A program made the translations under genes and the position numbers. DNA of 64,000 nt from Eubacteriales bacterium. Lineage in GTDB: Bacteria; Bacillota; Clostridia; Oscillospirales; CAG-272. The stretch lies in NCBI GenBank assembly GCA_045532215.1, contig JAZSFM010000033.1, positions 2,128 through 66,127 on the forward strand, written 5' to 3'. This document shows, piece after piece, positions 18,976 through 28,840 of this stretch; position 1 is the stretch's first letter; each line of letters opens with the position of its first letter. Below the pieces are notes generated by a model. It was not told the DNA's origin and did not search any database. It saw only the letters and a list, made by a program, of their open reading frames with translations.

Positions 18976-21600
18976 TTAGTCTTTTGTTTTAATGATTTTG
19001 ACGGGTTTAATAACCTTGACCTTGATCATGGATGGGATCAGCGCCACGAGTGCAAGCACAGTAACGAGAATACAATTTTCGATTGCAATTTCCGCTTGGA
19101 AAGTTAGAAAATCAAGATCCAGCACGATATGCGTGGGAGCCAAGCGTTTGAGCGACTCAATCAGCACATCGTTGGCAATATCGATGAAAAAGTAGTAACC
19201 TACCACCGAAAGAAGGCAAGTCAAAAACGCAATCAACAGCACCTGCAAGCCAAAAACCGTACCGACGGTTCCGTTTTGTGCGCCAAGTGCTTTGAGAATA
19301 CCGATTTCGTGCATCTTATCCTTAATCATACGCGAGGAGAAATTGAAGAGGATAAATATGACACCCACACACAGGACAATGGCAATAAGCTCGAAAATCG
19401 GAATGAATACGTCCACAGCTCGAGTCATTGTGTGAATTCCCTCAACCACCGACGTGTATTGGGTATAACCCAAATCGTTTGCCACCTCCATAGCGGCACT
19501 GATGCCATCGGCACCGTTGAGATACACGCCAACCGCAAACAAGCTTTGTTGCGCAAATTCTTGGTAGGTTTGTTTGCTAACCACCATGGTAGCATTCCTA
19601 TCGGTATTCGAATTGATTGACCAAAAACCTTTTATGGTAACTTCTTTTGACCACAGCGGATTTTGGTTTTGAAGATCATAATACCGGTAATGCGTGAGTG
19701 TGATCTTATGAGGTACAAATTCCTGATAATTGCTCTCGTCGTAGTTTGTACCGAAAATATCGTTGTATTTTTGGTAGGACATCAAAATTTCATCATCGTT
19801 CAGCTCCACACCAAGCCAGTCATCCGTTCTGGCCTGCGGTCGATACAATGTGATGTAATTGAGGCCACTGAAATTCAATTTGTGGTGCCACACGATCTCA
19901 CAGGGGTAATTTTTGCCAAAGGCGATGGAAAAATCGGGATTGAGCGAGTAACCGAATCCGAGGAAAGAATAAATCTCATTGTTGAAATTGATCATATCGG
20001 GATCTTCTGCAAGATCGGAAACATTTTTAACATCTCCGCGCAAAACAGAATCGCACAAATTCTTGTATCGGTCACGATATCCTGTTTCAACAATACCGTT
20101 GATGTATCCGCGGTATCCGTAGAGGTCGCCCCAAGTATAGTAGCCCAGCAATTCCTCATAGGATTTATTTAAGTATGCTTCGTTGTGCAGACGAATAGCA
20201 TCTGCCACGTAGTCGGTAATTACAATACCGCCCGGATGGAATTCATCCAACTTAGCCAAATACTTCACCTCGCCGAGTTTTTCCTCAAAAAATGCTTCGT
20301 CAACTACAATGGTGCCGAGCAATGCCCTTACATAAACCGAATTTGCCGTTAAAAAAGAACTGCTCCAGCCAGCCGAAAATTCACTTGAGGAATCCTGTAT
20401 CGGCATAAAGAAATTGTAAATCTTGTAGATTTCGCCTGTGTATCCGGCGTCTGTCATTTGCTGTATCTCTCGGTCGGAAATTTCGACAAAAAAGTCCTGC
20501 CCTTCCTCACCAAATGCTGCTTTTTCTACAGGGGTAATTTGTTTGAGCATCATCATTGAGGTAGCGTTTGCCTTTTTGATTTCATTGGAAATGACAGCAT
20601 CGGAATCGAATGTAATAACGGTTTGCGCCAAGGAAAGAATAATCATAATAACCGCCACCATAAAGCTGTAAAGTGCAATGGCAACCGTTTTGCGCTTGAG
20701 GAAAAAGCGACTCAGGCGCATCTTTTTAAGAAAACTCAGTTTTTCTTTGATAATTTCTACAAACTTTGCCTCATTGGTACACTCGGGGGTGTGCGCGTAT
20801 TGGGTTCGGCTCTTGACAAGCCGACGCGAGGTGTTTGCGTTAATGAGCGCAATGTCTTCGTCGTTCAATTCTCTGCCCTCGGGATAGAGCAACAGATTGC
20901 CGGACACCTTGATACCGCCAATAGTTCCCGCAACACGTGTATAGTCGCCTGTTACACAACCGTTTGCAAGCTCGATAATGCGGTCGGCATAAGCGTATGC
21001 ATCGCGGCGATTGTGAGAGACGATCAGAATGAGGTGTTCACGCGCAAGACTGCGGAGCAGCTTGATAATAGAGGTGGCCGTTTGCGCATCCAAATTTCCC
21101 GTTGGCTCGTCTGCAAGGATAATACGCGGTTGTTTGACAATAGCGCGGGCAATGGCAACACGTTGACGCTCACCGCCACTGAGTTCGGAGGGATAGCGTC
21201 CTTCATAGCCCATCAATCCCACTCTTTTCAATGCAATGCTCACAAGATCGCTATCTTCCATACGGCGCAAATCCAACGAAAGAGCGATATTGTCGTAAAC
21301 CGTTAATTCTTCGATGAGATGATAATCTTGAAAGATAAATCCAATGTGTGAGTTGCGATAGTTGCACATCTGCCTCTCGCAAATGTGTGAAATATCATTG
21401 CCATCCACCTCGATTTTACCGCTTGTTACCCTATCCAACCCACCAATAAGATTGAGCAAAGTAGATTTTCCACTTCCGCTCTTTCCAAGCACAAACACAA
21501 GGCCCGTATCGGGCAATGTCAAGGTGACATCTTTGAGCGCTTGGCACTTTTTGCGTTTTTTGGAACGGTAGACCTTTGTCAGGGCTATAATCTTGATCAT
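18976..21600 (-). CDS. MacB-type ABC transporter paralog (ATPase plus FtsX-like permease, about 874 aa)
   Basis: Same motifs as 15667-18708. The start was moved to MIKIIALTKVY (ATG 21600-21598, GGAGAG SD), matching the paralog's N-terminus [11 protein letters not shown]. Confidence 0.85.
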   Translation of the reverse strand: MIKIIALTKVYRSKKRKKCQALKDVTLTLPDTGLVFVLGKSGSGKSTLLNLIGGLDRVTSGKIEVDGNDISHICERQMCNYRNSHIGFIFQDYHLIEELTVYDNIALSLDLRRMEDSDLVSIALKRVGLMGYEGRYPSELSGGERQRVAIARAIVKQPRIILADEPTGNLDAQTATSIIKLLRSLAREHLILIVSHNRRDAYAYADRIIELANGCVTGDYTRVAGTIGGIKVSGNLLLYPEGRELNDEDIALINANTSRRLVKSRTQYAHTPECTNEAKFVEIIKEKLSFLKKMRLSRFFLKRKTVAIALYSFMVAVIMIILSLAQTVITFDSDAVISNEIKKANATSMMMLKQITPVEKAAFGEEGQDFFVEISDREIQQMTDAGYTGEIYKIYNFFMPIQDSSSEFSAGWSSSFLTANSVYVRALLGTIVVDEAFFEEKLGEVKYLAKLDEFHPGGIVITDYVADAIRLHNEAYLNKSYEELLGYYTWGDLYGYRGYINGIVETGYRDRYKNLCDSVLRGDVKNVSDLAEDPDMINFNNEIYSFLGFGYSLNPDFSIAFGKNYPCEIVWHHKLNFSGLNYITLYRPQARTDDWLGVELNDDEILMSYQKYNDIFGTNYDESNYQEFVPHKITLTHYRYYDLQNQNPLWSKEVTIKGFWSINSNTDRNATMVVSKQTYQEFAQQSLFAVGVYLNGADGISAAMEVANDLGYTQYTSVVEGIHTMTRAVDVFIPIFELIAIVLCVGVIFILFNFSSRMIKDKMHEIGILKALGAQNGTVGTVFGLQVLLIAFLTCLLSVVGYYFFIDIANDVLIESLKRLAPTHIVLDLDFLTFQAEIAIENCILVTVLALVALIPSMIKVKVIKPVKIIKTKD

Positions 21601-21640
21601 AACGTCTCTCCGATTTCGTTTTGAAACATAATTTATACAC

Positions 21641-21669
21641 ATTATAACACAGTTTTTGCATTTTGTAAA
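21641..21669 (-). promoter_or_regulatory. Promoter of the 874-aa MacB-like gene
   Basis: On the minus strand: TTTACA (21669-21664), 17 nt, TATAAT (21646-21641). Same layout as the paralog's promoter. Confidence 0.55.
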
Positions 21670-21732
21670 GTCCCCCCAAAATGCAGACCACCCCGTACGC
21701 CAAAAACGCGTACAGGGTGTCTCTTTTTGAAA

Positions 21733-23520
21733 TTATTCGTCTGACTCGTTCGAAAAAATAAGCTTATACAAATTGGAATAGTAATCCCAATTCTCTGCTT
21801 TTTGGATACTTTCCCATTCTTCGGGAGTGCCATCAAAGATAATTTCACGCAATTCCCAGCCGTAAGCGAGTGCTTCTCTGCAAATATATTGCAAGTTGTT
21901 GGGGAGAGTAACTCGCAACAGAGTGGTGGAAGCAAAAAACAAATGCTCGCAAAGCCCTATGGTATCGCTGCGCAAAACAACTTCTTCCATTCCCTTATCG
22001 AAGTCAACCGCCCATTTGCCAACGTAGGAAACACCGTTTTCCACTTGGAGCAAAGCATTACAATTTTCAAAAGCATCGCCGCCAATATGCGTAACACTTT
22101 CGGGAATCGTCAATTCACTCAAATTTTTGCAATCGGAAAAAGCACCGCTGCCAATGAAGGTAACACTTTCGGGAATATCGATGCGATACAAATTTGCGCA
22201 ACCTGAAAATACACCTGCTGCTATCTTTTCGAGTCCTTGCGAGAGGTGGACATTTTCCAGCTTCCAGCACTGTGAAAATGCAAAACTATCAATAGAGGTA
22301 ACGCTATCGGGAATATCAATGCTTTTCAGGGTTGAACATTGCGAAAACGCATTTCCCCCGATGCTTTTCAGCCCTTGCGGCAAGGTGACGTTTACAAGCT
22401 TTGTGCAATAGCCAAAGCAGAAAAAAGGAATCTCTTCTATTCCTACGGGCAAAACAATACTTGCCAAACTACTGCAGTTAAAAAATGCATATTCGCCTAT
22501 GCTTGTTACACCGGAGGGAATGGTGATGCTTTCGAGTCTTGTGCAAGAAGAGAAAGCAGATTCGCCAATACTTTTCAATCCGTCGGGAAGAATGATACTT
22601 TCAAGGTTGGAACAATAATTAAACACCTTGGGTTCCAATACGGTAATTCCCTTGGGTATTATAACGCTTTTCAAGTTGTAGCAAGAATCAAACGCGCTCT
22701 CACCGATTCGAGTAACACTTTGCGGAATGTGGATGCTTTTGAGTTCGTCACAGTTGTAAAACGCTCGGGGGCCGATTTCCACCAACGTATCGGGAAGTAT
22801 GATTTCTTCAAGATTTTTACACCACCGAAAAGCGCGCTCACTGATAACCGTAACAGTTCGGGGAAGTGTGATGCTTTTCAGTGTTTCACAATCCTCAAAC
22901 GCCCCCACCATAATAGACGTAACGTGATAACCGCAGAAGTTTTCGGGAACGATAACATTCTCGTCGGTGCAGTTACCGATGCCTGCTACCGAGAAGGTTT
23001 TGCCATCGGGATTGATGGCATAAGCAAGCCCTACCGAACCCGTTGCGGGGATGAGTTCCTCATCAAGCTTTGCACCGCAATGCTCACAGAACTGACATTT
23101 CAGTCCGGGTTCTCTTGCATCGGGATCCTCGGGTGTGGGAATTTTGATGGTTGGTTCTCTTTCAACCACCCAAGCACCTGCAAAATGCGGCAAAAGAGCA
23201 ACTACTCTCATCTCACTCTCTCCACATGCACAAAGACGTGTCTCCTCTCCATTTTCGGAGCAGGTTGCATCTTTGGTTATTTGCCATTCACCAAAAATAT
23301 GATTGTGCAAAGGGAGCGTGAGCTCGGGAGGGGTGGGATCATCGGGTTGCAACCAAAGCACTGCACCAATGATAACAGCTACCATAAGACAAAAGCAAGC
23401 CGCAAGCGTTCCCCATTTGACCCAATTTTGCGCCACGTGTCGCCTTTTTTGAGGTGCTGCATCTAAAATCCATTGCGGATCAATGTCTCGCAACGCATCA
23501 AAAATATTCTTGTCGTTCAT
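21733..23520 (-). CDS. Single-pass membrane protein, probable anti-sigma factor, with a Cys-rich module and a BspA-type leucine-rich-repeat ectodomain (595 aa)
   Basis: ATGA overlap with the sigma gene. Transmembrane helix WGTLAACFCLMVAVIIGAVLWL. About 14 repeats of IPxSVTxIGxxAFxxCxxLxSI. Confidence 0.7.
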   Translation of the reverse strand: MNDKNIFDALRDIDPQWILDAAPQKRRHVAQNWVKWGTLAACFCLMVAVIIGAVLWLQPDDPTPPELTLPLHNHIFGEWQITKDATCSENGEETRLCACGESEMRVVALLPHFAGAWVVEREPTIKIPTPEDPDAREPGLKCQFCEHCGAKLDEELIPATGSVGLAYAINPDGKTFSVAGIGNCTDENVIVPENFCGYHVTSIMVGAFEDCETLKSITLPRTVTVISERAFRWCKNLEEIILPDTLVEIGPRAFYNCDELKSIHIPQSVTRIGESAFDSCYNLKSVIIPKGITVLEPKVFNYCSNLESIILPDGLKSIGESAFSSCTRLESITIPSGVTSIGEYAFFNCSSLASIVLPVGIEEIPFFCFGYCTKLVNVTLPQGLKSIGGNAFSQCSTLKSIDIPDSVTSIDSFAFSQCWKLENVHLSQGLEKIAAGVFSGCANLYRIDIPESVTFIGSGAFSDCKNLSELTIPESVTHIGGDAFENCNALLQVENGVSYVGKWAVDFDKGMEEVVLRSDTIGLCEHLFFASTTLLRVTLPNNLQYICREALAYGWELREIIFDGTPEEWESIQKAENWDYYSNLYKLIFSNESDE

Positions 23521-24080
23521 CCTTCAAACCCCTCCTTTCCCAAAAATTCTTTCAACTTCAGGCGTGTGCGCAGCATCAGCATTGCCACAGCACTTTCTTT
23601 CATCCCAAATTCTTCGGCAATCTCCGCAATGGAAGTCACATACCAATAGCGGCGTACGAATATCGTTCTCGTTTTTTGAGGCAATGACTTCAAAAAACGG
23701 TTAAGAGCATCGCGCAAAGCAACGCTTTTTCCGATATCCGTACCTTCGTCACCATCGGGAATACACTCCGATAGTTCGTGCAAAACCATAGGCATCTGTC
23801 CGCCTCCACGCTTTTTTGCCGTTTTTTCATCATAGCGATCCAATGCCAATTGGTTGCTGATCATCCCCACGTATCCCTTAAGCGGATCTGGGCGATTGGG
23901 CGGAATGGTGTTCCAAGTTTTGAGATATGTATCGTTCACAATCTCCTCGGCATCCTCGTTGTCGGACAGAATTTGATAGGCGATATAGTGGCAATATCGC
24001 CCATACTTTTTATCCGTTTCGGTGATGGCATCCTCGGAACGCGCCCAATACAGATCTACAATCTGTTTATCTTCCATCAT
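23517..24080 (-). CDS. ECF-like sigma-70 family RNA polymerase sigma factor (187 aa)
   Basis: Region 2-like segment EDAEEIVNDTYLKTW and region 4 HTH SIAEIAEEFGMKESAVAMLMLRTRLKLKEFL. Confidence 0.8.
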   Translation of the reverse strand: MMEDKQIVDLYWARSEDAITETDKKYGRYCHYIAYQILSDNEDAEEIVNDTYLKTWNTIPPNRPDPLKGYVGMISNQLALDRYDEKTAKKRGGGQMPMVLHELSECIPDGDEGTDIGKSVALRDALNRFLKSLPQKTRTIFVRRYWYVTSIAEIAEEFGMKESAVAMLMLRTRLKLKEFLGKEGFEG

Positions 24081-24259
24081 TTGTGTCTCTCCTTTGCTGG
24101 GCAGATTTTCTCTTTCACCCTAATAAACGAGAAAATCACTGCCCACATCACGCAAATGCAAAATTTATTTTATTATAGCATATTTTTTCTGACTTGTATA
24201 TACAAAAGTGGACAAATACCATCATTTGGATAGCATTTGTCCACTCAATATTGATATTG

Positions 24260-25891
24260 TTAAAGCGTTTTCATATAATCCTCAAGTTCACTCTTGATGA
24301 CCGAGACCTGCGGACCGTAAACGACCTGCACACCGCCGCCGCGGCGAATGACACCGCGTGCACCGCTTGCCTTGAGAAGATCATCGGAAACGAGCCCTTC
24401 ATCCTTGACCGTCACACGCAAGCGTGTGGCACAGCAATCGAGCGTCACGATATTCTCGTGACCACCGAGACCTTCCAAAATCAGCTTGGAAATGCTGTGG
24501 TCAGCATCACTCTTTTGCGCACTTTTCTTTTCGTTGTAATCTGCACGGGTGTAGAGCTTGACCTCGTCCTCTCCCTCTTCGCGTCCGGGCGTTGCATAGT
24601 TGCGACGACGGATGAGAAAACGGAACAAGAAGAAATACACGATAAAATAGATTGCTCCCACCAAGGGGATCATCAGCCAGTTCGTTTTTTCGTTGCCTTG
24701 CAGAATACCAAAAAGCGTCAAATCGATAAGACCGCCCGAGAATGTCATTCCCACGCTAACATTCAAAAGATGCATCAGCATATAAGCAAGTCCTGCCAGC
24801 ACCGAGTGGATGACGTAAAGAATGGGAGCGACAAACAAGAAAGTGAACTCGATGGGCTCTGTAATACCCGTGAGCATCGACGTCAGCGCCGCAGAAAGAA
24901 GCAAACCGCCTGCCACTTTTCTCTTTTCGGGGCGCGCACAGGTGTACATTGCCAACGCCGCACCCGGCAACCCGAAGATCATCAGCGGGAATTTACCGCT
25001 CATAAAACGGCACGCCTCCACCGAGAAGCGCGTGGTGTTGGGAGATGCCAATTCTGCAAAGAAGATATTTTGTGCACCGTAAACCATAACACCGTCGATC
25101 ATAGCCGAACCGCCCACACCCGTTTGCCAGAACGGCAAATAGAATACGTGGTGCAATCCAAACGGAATTAAGATACGCTCGATAAAACCGTAGATGAGCG
25201 TTCCCGCATACCCTGAGCGCAATACAAGGTCGCCAAGGGCATAAATGCCCGTTTGCACAAAGGGCCACAAAAAGAACATCAAAACGCCCACAAGAATATA
25301 CGCCAAAGTAGAAATGATGGGCACAAAGCGTGTGCCGCCAAAAAAGGAAATGACGGTGGGCAGCTTGATTTTATAAAATCGGTTGTGCAACCACGCCACG
25401 CCAAGTCCGACGATAATACCGCCAAACACACCCATCTGCAAGGAAGGAATACCGACGACGTTGGCGACCGTTCCCTCGGGCATCGCCCCCGCGGCAAGCT
25501 TGCCGCTGATGGAGAGCAAGGTACTGATGGTCTTGTGCATAACAAAGAACGCAATCGCTGCCGAAAGAGTTGCGGTCGCTTTTTCATTTTCTGCCATACC
25601 AAGTGCCACACCCATTGCAAACAGAAGCGGCAGGTTGTCGAAAATGACCGTTCCCACCGACGCCAAGAGCGAGAAAACGGTGTACGGCACCGTACCCGGT
25701 CCCATAATCTTTAACAGGTTATATGCTTCGAGCGTTGCCTCATTGGTAAAGGACGCGCCCACGCCCAAAAGAAGCCCGGCTATGGGTAAAAGCGCGATGG
25801 GGAGCATAAATGCGCGCCCTACGCGTTGCAAAATTTCAAAAAATCCGGAGCCGAATTTTTGTTTCTTTCCAATCGCTTGTGTATCTGTCAT
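24260..25891 (-). CDS. PTS glucose/N-acetylglucosamine-family EIICB component
   Basis: EIIC membrane core (GRAFMLPIALLPIAGLLLG) and C-terminal EIIB with LDCCATRLRV. Start trimmed to MTDTQ (ATG 25891-25889), in an ATGA overlap with the EIIA stop. Confidence 0.85.
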   Translation of the reverse strand: MTDTQAIGKKQKFGSGFFEILQRVGRAFMLPIALLPIAGLLLGVGASFTNEATLEAYNLLKIMGPGTVPYTVFSLLASVGTVIFDNLPLLFAMGVALGMAENEKATATLSAAIAFFVMHKTISTLLSISGKLAAGAMPEGTVANVVGIPSLQMGVFGGIIVGLGVAWLHNRFYKIKLPTVISFFGGTRFVPIISTLAYILVGVLMFFLWPFVQTGIYALGDLVLRSGYAGTLIYGFIERILIPFGLHHVFYLPFWQTGVGGSAMIDGVMVYGAQNIFFAELASPNTTRFSVEACRFMSGKFPLMIFGLPGAALAMYTCARPEKRKVAGGLLLSAALTSMLTGITEPIEFTFLFVAPILYVIHSVLAGLAYMLMHLLNVSVGMTFSGGLIDLTLFGILQGNEKTNWLMIPLVGAIYFIVYFFLFRFLIRRRNYATPGREEGEDEVKLYTRADYNEKKSAQKSDADHSISKLILEGLGGHENIVTLDCCATRLRVTVKDEGLVSDDLLKASGARGVIRRGGGVQVVYGPQVSVIKSELEDYMKTL

Positions 25892-26370
25892 AACGATCCT
25901 TTCCCCATGAGTGTGTAGCACATTACGGCATCCTTGCCGCCTATGCAAGCCCCTGGCTTGTATTCAATGTTTTCAATTTTATCGGGTTCTGTAACCACTA
26001 CCGAGCAGATAGCGGAAAGTCCGCGGGAGCGAATGAGGTCAATATCCGCCTCGGCGATTAGATCCCCTGCGTGTACACGATCTCCTGCCGACACGTGCGA
26101 GACAAAACCCTCGCCCGCAAGACTGACGGTATCAACACCAATGTGCACAAGCACGTCTGCACCGCCATCACTCAAGATGGTAAATGCGTGGCGCGAATCG
26201 GTTACCGACTCGATTTTTCCACCAACGGGTGCGAAAAAACGCCCCTCGACGGGCTCTATTCCAATCCCCTCGCCCAATAATCCTTGTGCGAAAACCTCAT
26301 CGGGAACCGCCGAAAGTGGCAACGTTTTGCCCGTGCAGGCAGCGAGGAGACATTCCTTTTTATTTTCCAT
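25888..26370 (-). CDS. PTS EIIA, glucose family
   Basis: VLVHIGVDTVSLAGEGFVSHV with the two conserved His residues. Start set to MENKKE (GGAGGA SD). Confidence 0.85.
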   Translation of the reverse strand: MENKKECLLAACTGKTLPLSAVPDEVFAQGLLGEGIGIEPVEGRFFAPVGGKIESVTDSRHAFTILSDGGADVLVHIGVDTVSLAGEGFVSHVSAGDRVHAGDLIAEADIDLIRSRGLSAICSVVVTEPDKIENIEYKPGACIGGKDAVMCYTLMGKGSL

Positions 26371-26390
26371 TGTTTTATCCTCCAAAAGCG

Positions 26391-28037
26391 TTACTGGCAC
26401 GCAAGCACGCGCTCGCGCAATTCCAAAAGATAGGGTGCGGAGACCGAAAGCTCATCCACACGCATATCGCAAAAGCGTTGCGTGAGGGAAAGATCGGCGG
26501 CAAGCTCTCCGCAAATGCCGATCCATCCGCCTCTCTCGTGAATGGCATTCGCCGCCGATGCAATCAAACGAAGAACGGGCTCGCGATTTTCTCGACAAAG
26601 CTCTTCGACGTGCGGATTTTGTCGATCTGCCGCCAAGGTATACTGCAAAAGATCGTTCGTCCCCACCGAGAAAAAGTCGACCTCGGTGGCAAGCTCTCGG
26701 CACATAATAGCGGCAGCGGGCGTTTCGATCATAATGCCCACCTCAAGGTTTTTGTCATAATCTTGACCGCGCAGTGAGAGCGTTTGCATACACTCGGAAA
26801 TCAACTCGCGGCAGGCACGGATTTCATCGACGCTCACAATCATCGGGAGCATCAAGGCAACCTTGCCGTGTGCCGATGCGCGCAAAATGGCGCGTATTTG
26901 CTCGCAAAAAAGTGTTCTCTCGCGCAAACAAAGTCGCACGCCACGCAAACCGAGGGCGGGATTTTCCTCTCGCGGCAGCGTGAGATAGGAAACTTGCTTA
27001 TCGGCACCGATGTCAAGCGTGCGAATAACAACGCGCCGCCCCTGCATTCGCTCGGTGACTGCTTTGTAACTTTGATAGAGCCGCTCCTCGTCGGGGGCGC
27101 GGTCGAGGGAAAGGTATAAAAACTCGCTCCGCAAGAGTCCAATGCCATCAGCACCTTGCGAGAGTGCCGTTTCAACCTCCTCCTCACCACCAACGTTGGC
27201 ATAAATGAGGACGCGGTTACCGTTTTTTGTAACGGCAGGTTTGCCCAACAACATATGCAAGGTGCGCTCGCGTGCCGATGCAATCTCGGCGTTTTTTGCA
27301 CAACGTGTGGCAAAAATCTCTCTTTCTTCCTCGCCGGGCGAGAGCGTGAGCGTCTGCGCGGCGGCATCAAGAAGTGCGATTGTGCCATCGAATTCTTGCG
27401 AAATTTCTCCCGTACAAATCAGTGCGGGAATGCCCATCGCACGTGCCAAAATGGCGGTGTGCGAGTTGGGAGAACCCTCAAACGTGACAAACCCCAAGAG
27501 TGTCGCGCGGTCGAGGCCTACCGTTTGCGAGGGAGTCAAATCTTTCGCCACAAGGATATAAGGTTCATCATCTGACTGCTCTATGGGCTTGTATTCCCCT
27601 GACAAGTGAGAAAGCAGTTGTGAGCAAACATCAGCAATATCAGCAGCACGCGCGCAGAGATAAGGGTCATCCAGAGCGGCAAGTTCCTGTGAGAGAGCAT
27701 CCGATGCCGCTTGCACCGCCGCCTCGGCAGAAGAACCGCCCGCAAGAGACCGTTCTATGCGTTCAAGCAAATCCTCGTCCTCAAGGATCATCGCGTGAAT
27801 GGCGAAAATCTCGGCGGCATCAACCCCGATATCTTCCTCTGCTGTTTTCTGCAAATGAGAGATCGAGCGCCCTACAGAAGAGATGGCGTCATAAAGACGC
27901 GCGCGTTCTTTCTCTATTCCCTGCCCTTTTTCGTCACTTTTTTGCACGGACGTGTGCAAAAAAAGCAGTTTGCCAACGGCACATCCCTGCCCGATGCCCG
28001 TGCCGCGTACAACTTCAGTTTTCGATTGTTTCATCAT
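26391..28037 (-). CDS. ptsI: Phosphoenolpyruvate-protein phosphotransferase (PTS Enzyme I)
   Basis: Full-length EI-like sequence (GGPNSHTAILARAMGIPA-type SHTAILARAMGIPALI; FFSVGTNDLLQY). Start at MMKQSK overlaps the 3' end of ptsH. Confidence 0.9.
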   Translation of the reverse strand: MMKQSKTEVVRGTGIGQGCAVGKLLFLHTSVQKSDEKGQGIEKERARLYDAISSVGRSISHLQKTAEEDIGVDAAEIFAIHAMILEDEDLLERIERSLAGGSSAEAAVQAASDALSQELAALDDPYLCARAADIADVCSQLLSHLSGEYKPIEQSDDEPYILVAKDLTPSQTVGLDRATLLGFVTFEGSPNSHTAILARAMGIPALICTGEISQEFDGTIALLDAAAQTLTLSPGEEEREIFATRCAKNAEIASARERTLHMLLGKPAVTKNGNRVLIYANVGGEEEVETALSQGADGIGLLRSEFLYLSLDRAPDEERLYQSYKAVTERMQGRRVVIRTLDIGADKQVSYLTLPREENPALGLRGVRLCLRERTLFCEQIRAILRASAHGKVALMLPMIVSVDEIRACRELISECMQTLSLRGQDYDKNLEVGIMIETPAAAIMCRELATEVDFFSVGTNDLLQYTLAADRQNPHVEELCRENREPVLRLIASAANAIHERGGWIGICGELAADLSLTQRFCDMRVDELSVSAPYLLELRERVLACQ

Positions 28038-28314
28038 TGACAACCACTCCCATAGGGTTCCATTGCGTGCGGCAAAAGCGCTCCAATTCAACCGCTGCCC
28101 TCTCCTCATCCTCGCCCGTGATGGAAAAGGTCAAGGTCGTGCCACAAACGGCCCCCAACATCATAAGGGAGATCAGACGTTTAGCGTCGGCCGTTTTACC
28201 GTTTGCCTTGACCGTAATGCTCGACGCAAATTGTTTAGCACACGCCGTAAGCCGGCCCGCCGGGCGCGCGTGCATGCCGTCTTTATCCTGGATGGTATAG
28301 GTAAATTCTTTCAT
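28015..28314 (-). CDS. ptsH: Phosphocarrier protein HPr (99 aa, slightly extended C-terminus)
   Basis: MKEFTYTIQDKDGMHARPAGRL contains the active-site His motif. GAGGAG SD. The long upstream extension in the ORF track was discarded. Confidence 0.85.
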   Translation of the reverse strand: MKEFTYTIQDKDGMHARPAGRLTACAKQFASSITVKANGKTADAKRLISLMMLGAVCGTTLTFSITGEDEERAAVELERFCRTQWNPMGVVVNDETIEN

Positions 28315-28486
28315 TCTGCTACTCCTCTTGGCAGTCACTTTCTCGCGTAACCGCCGATTTTTGCCTTTGCTTCTATTTTGCCATTTTGTACACAGATTAT
28401 ACCGAACATGATTGTAAAACGTTTTTTTGTAAAAAACAACAAAAAACGGCTCTTTCCATTTGGAAAAAGCCGTTTTATTGTACGGA

Positions 28487-28813
28487 TCAACGATAATAAA
28501 CGTAGAAAACAATAATCGTTCGTTCGCGGCCGTCGTGCTCAAGGTCGGGGGCGGTGATAACAACGCCATCCTTGGATAGCAACTCCCACGCTTGCATTTG
28601 TTCGATTTTGCAGCGAAAGATAACGTCGGAAGATGCAAACACGATGAGCTCATCGTTGCGGATATTGAGTCCGCCATTGCGCCCGATAACTTCATCAACG
28701 TCGTTGATCTTTTCGGTAACGTAGCGGATGTGGTGATTCGCCATCTGACGCGCCATCTCCCAACGGTACGCTTTGCTGTTGGGGTCTTTTTTTCGGGAAA
28801 AGAGCTTGAACAT
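28487..28813 (-). CDS. Hypothetical protein (108 aa)
   Basis: ORF track, clean intergenic context. No motif recognised. Confidence 0.5.
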   Translation of the reverse strand: MFKLFSRKKDPNSKAYRWEMARQMANHHIRYVTEKINDVDEVIGRNGGLNIRNDELIVFASSDVIFRCKIEQMQAWELLSKDGVVITAPDLEHDGRERTIIVFYVYYR

Positions 28814-28840
28814 AGTCTATCTCCTTTTATCTTTCAATCA

